A stretch of DNA of 63,496 bases, filler included, from Octopus bimaculoides (Eukaryota), in NCBI RefSeq assembly GCF_001194135.2. It is 6 parts of 6 records of this genome, joined end to end, with 100 filler letters (N's around TTAATTAATTAA, not from the genome) between each part and the next. Parts side by side here need not be neighbours in the genome. Positions count along the whole stretch, not along the records: positions 62,064 to 63,496 come from NC_068984.1; 5 more parts are not named here. One strand, given 5' to 3'. The translations under genes were made by a program, and so were the position numbers. Under the pieces are notes generated by a model that was not told the DNA's origin, searched no databases, and saw nothing but the letters and a program-made list of their open reading frames with translations. Shown here piece by piece: positions 62,093 to 63,496 of the stretch. How positions within the stretch are numbered: position 1 is the first letter of the stretch; the number at the start of each line of letters is the position of its first letter.

Positions 62093-62520
62093 AAGCCGGG
62101 TATTAGCGATTCCTGTAGCGAGTGGGTTATGAAGAGGGAGCTGCACCAGCACTTACTTCATACGCAAAGTACATTGTCATTCACTTCGCACACTCGTACA
62201 CGCGCACGCGCACAGACAAGTGGCCATGTACACACACACAGAAACGCACGCAAAAACACTGAAAAACACACTAACTCTCTCTCTCTCTCTTTCTCTTCAC
62301 CCATATATACATATGAAGAGAAAGAGAGAGAGAGAGAGTTAGTGTGTTTTTCAGTGTTTTTGCGTGCGTTTCTGTGTGTGTGTACATGGCCACTTGTCTG
62401 TGCGCGTGCGCGTGTACGAGTGTGCGAAGTGAATGACAATGTACTTTGCGTATGAAGTAAGTGCTGGTGCAACTCCCTCTTCATAACCCACTCGCTACAG
62501 GAATCGCTAATACCCGGCTT
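62093..62520. repeat. 428-bp near-perfect palindrome (~207-bp arms, 14-nt loop)
   Basis: The arms match, including the (CT)8/(AG)8 tract. I saw one mismatch (GAGCTGC vs GAGTTGC). The loop is 62300-62313. Confidence 0.95.
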
Positions 62521-63496
62521 GGTCAAATTGTAGGATGCTCTCAATGGGGTGGGGGAGTTCTGCTCTCAGATATCTTAGGAGCTACGACAATGTAAGAAAA
62601 CATGATATAAATGACCAAACTTTAAGTAGGTCGTTGCCACGATGAAGACACACACACACACACACACATATTGGCTGTGTGGTAAGAAGCTTGCTTCCCA
62701 ACTACAGGGTTCCGCGTTCGAAGCCGACCAATGACTTGTTAGTGAATTAGGTAGAGGGAAACTAAAAGAAGCCCGTTGTATATATAAATAGATAAATATG
62801 TATGTATGTATGTATGTATTTTTGTGTCTGTTTCTGTTCCCCAGCCATCACTTTAGAAACGATGCTTGTGTTTTTACGTGACCGTAACATTAGCGGTTCA
62901 GCAATAATGAGCGACAGAATAAGCACTAGGCTTACAAAAATAAGTCCTGGGCTCGATTTGTTTAACTAGAGGCTGTGCTCAAGCATGGTCGCAGTAAAAT
63001 CACTGAAACAAGTAAAAGAAATACACATACGTGCGCACGCACACACACACACTCACACACACATACGTATATATTAATATAATTATATGTGCATATTCAG
63101 TAGTATGAGCTCGAAGCAGTGTTTAGTCACAAGCGAAGTTTACGTTACTTAAATCATGCTTGTGACATACTTCAAGTTTTAAAAGCAAATTCACTGCAGT
63201 TACCGTGAAGAAAAAATTCTCTTTTAAGTATAAAAAACACCATATTTATCCTATGTTGCTCTCGGCCTCATTTCTAGATGGAGGGCTTCAGCACTTTCGT
63301 CATTGGGAATCCGACAGGAGACAACATAAGTGGGATCTATATTCTACGCGATACCTGCAGTGAACTTGCCTGTAAATTTTCAAATGTCACAAACATTTTA
63401 ACTCAACTAAAATTCATATACATATATGTATATATATATGTGTATGTGTGGGTGTCTGTGTGTGATACACACACACACACACACACACATATATAT

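Overview
This is AT-rich, repeat-dense eukaryotic DNA. The SINE families, microsatellite load and Penelope/mariner/RTE content suggest an octopod cephalopod (inference). About a tenth of the window is N. Five identical 100-bp spacers (44 N + TTAATTAATTAA + 44 N) split it into six separately assembled pieces, so neighbouring pieces may not be adjacent in the genome. The only host gene I can support is a minus-strand FASTK-family mitochondrial RNA-binding protein gene, most like FASTKD1. I reconstructed seven GT-AG exons with matching phases (42051-42909, 40749-41220, 34315-34624, 31724-31852, 31191-31304, 28073-28160, 22992-23106; 2087 nt, about 695 codons). The N-terminal exon(s) and the last exon were not found. 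The rest is mobile DNA: three different mariner elements, Penelope-like, RTE, L1/Tx1-like, Helitron and hAT fragments, several MITEs and many tRNA-derived SINEs. The most interesting signals are (1) a type I hammerhead-ribozyme motif inside a ~310-bp unit present as direct and head-to-head inverted copies (retrozyme-like, 11972-12695), plus other more degenerate hammerhead motifs; (2) a 428-bp near-perfect palindrome at 62093-62520; (3) inverted SINEs flanking the RAP-domain exon; and (4) a CpG-decay switch at the spacer boundaries. Most ORFs in the supplied track are artefacts of gaps or microsatellites. I found no CRISPR array, rRNA or true tRNA gene.
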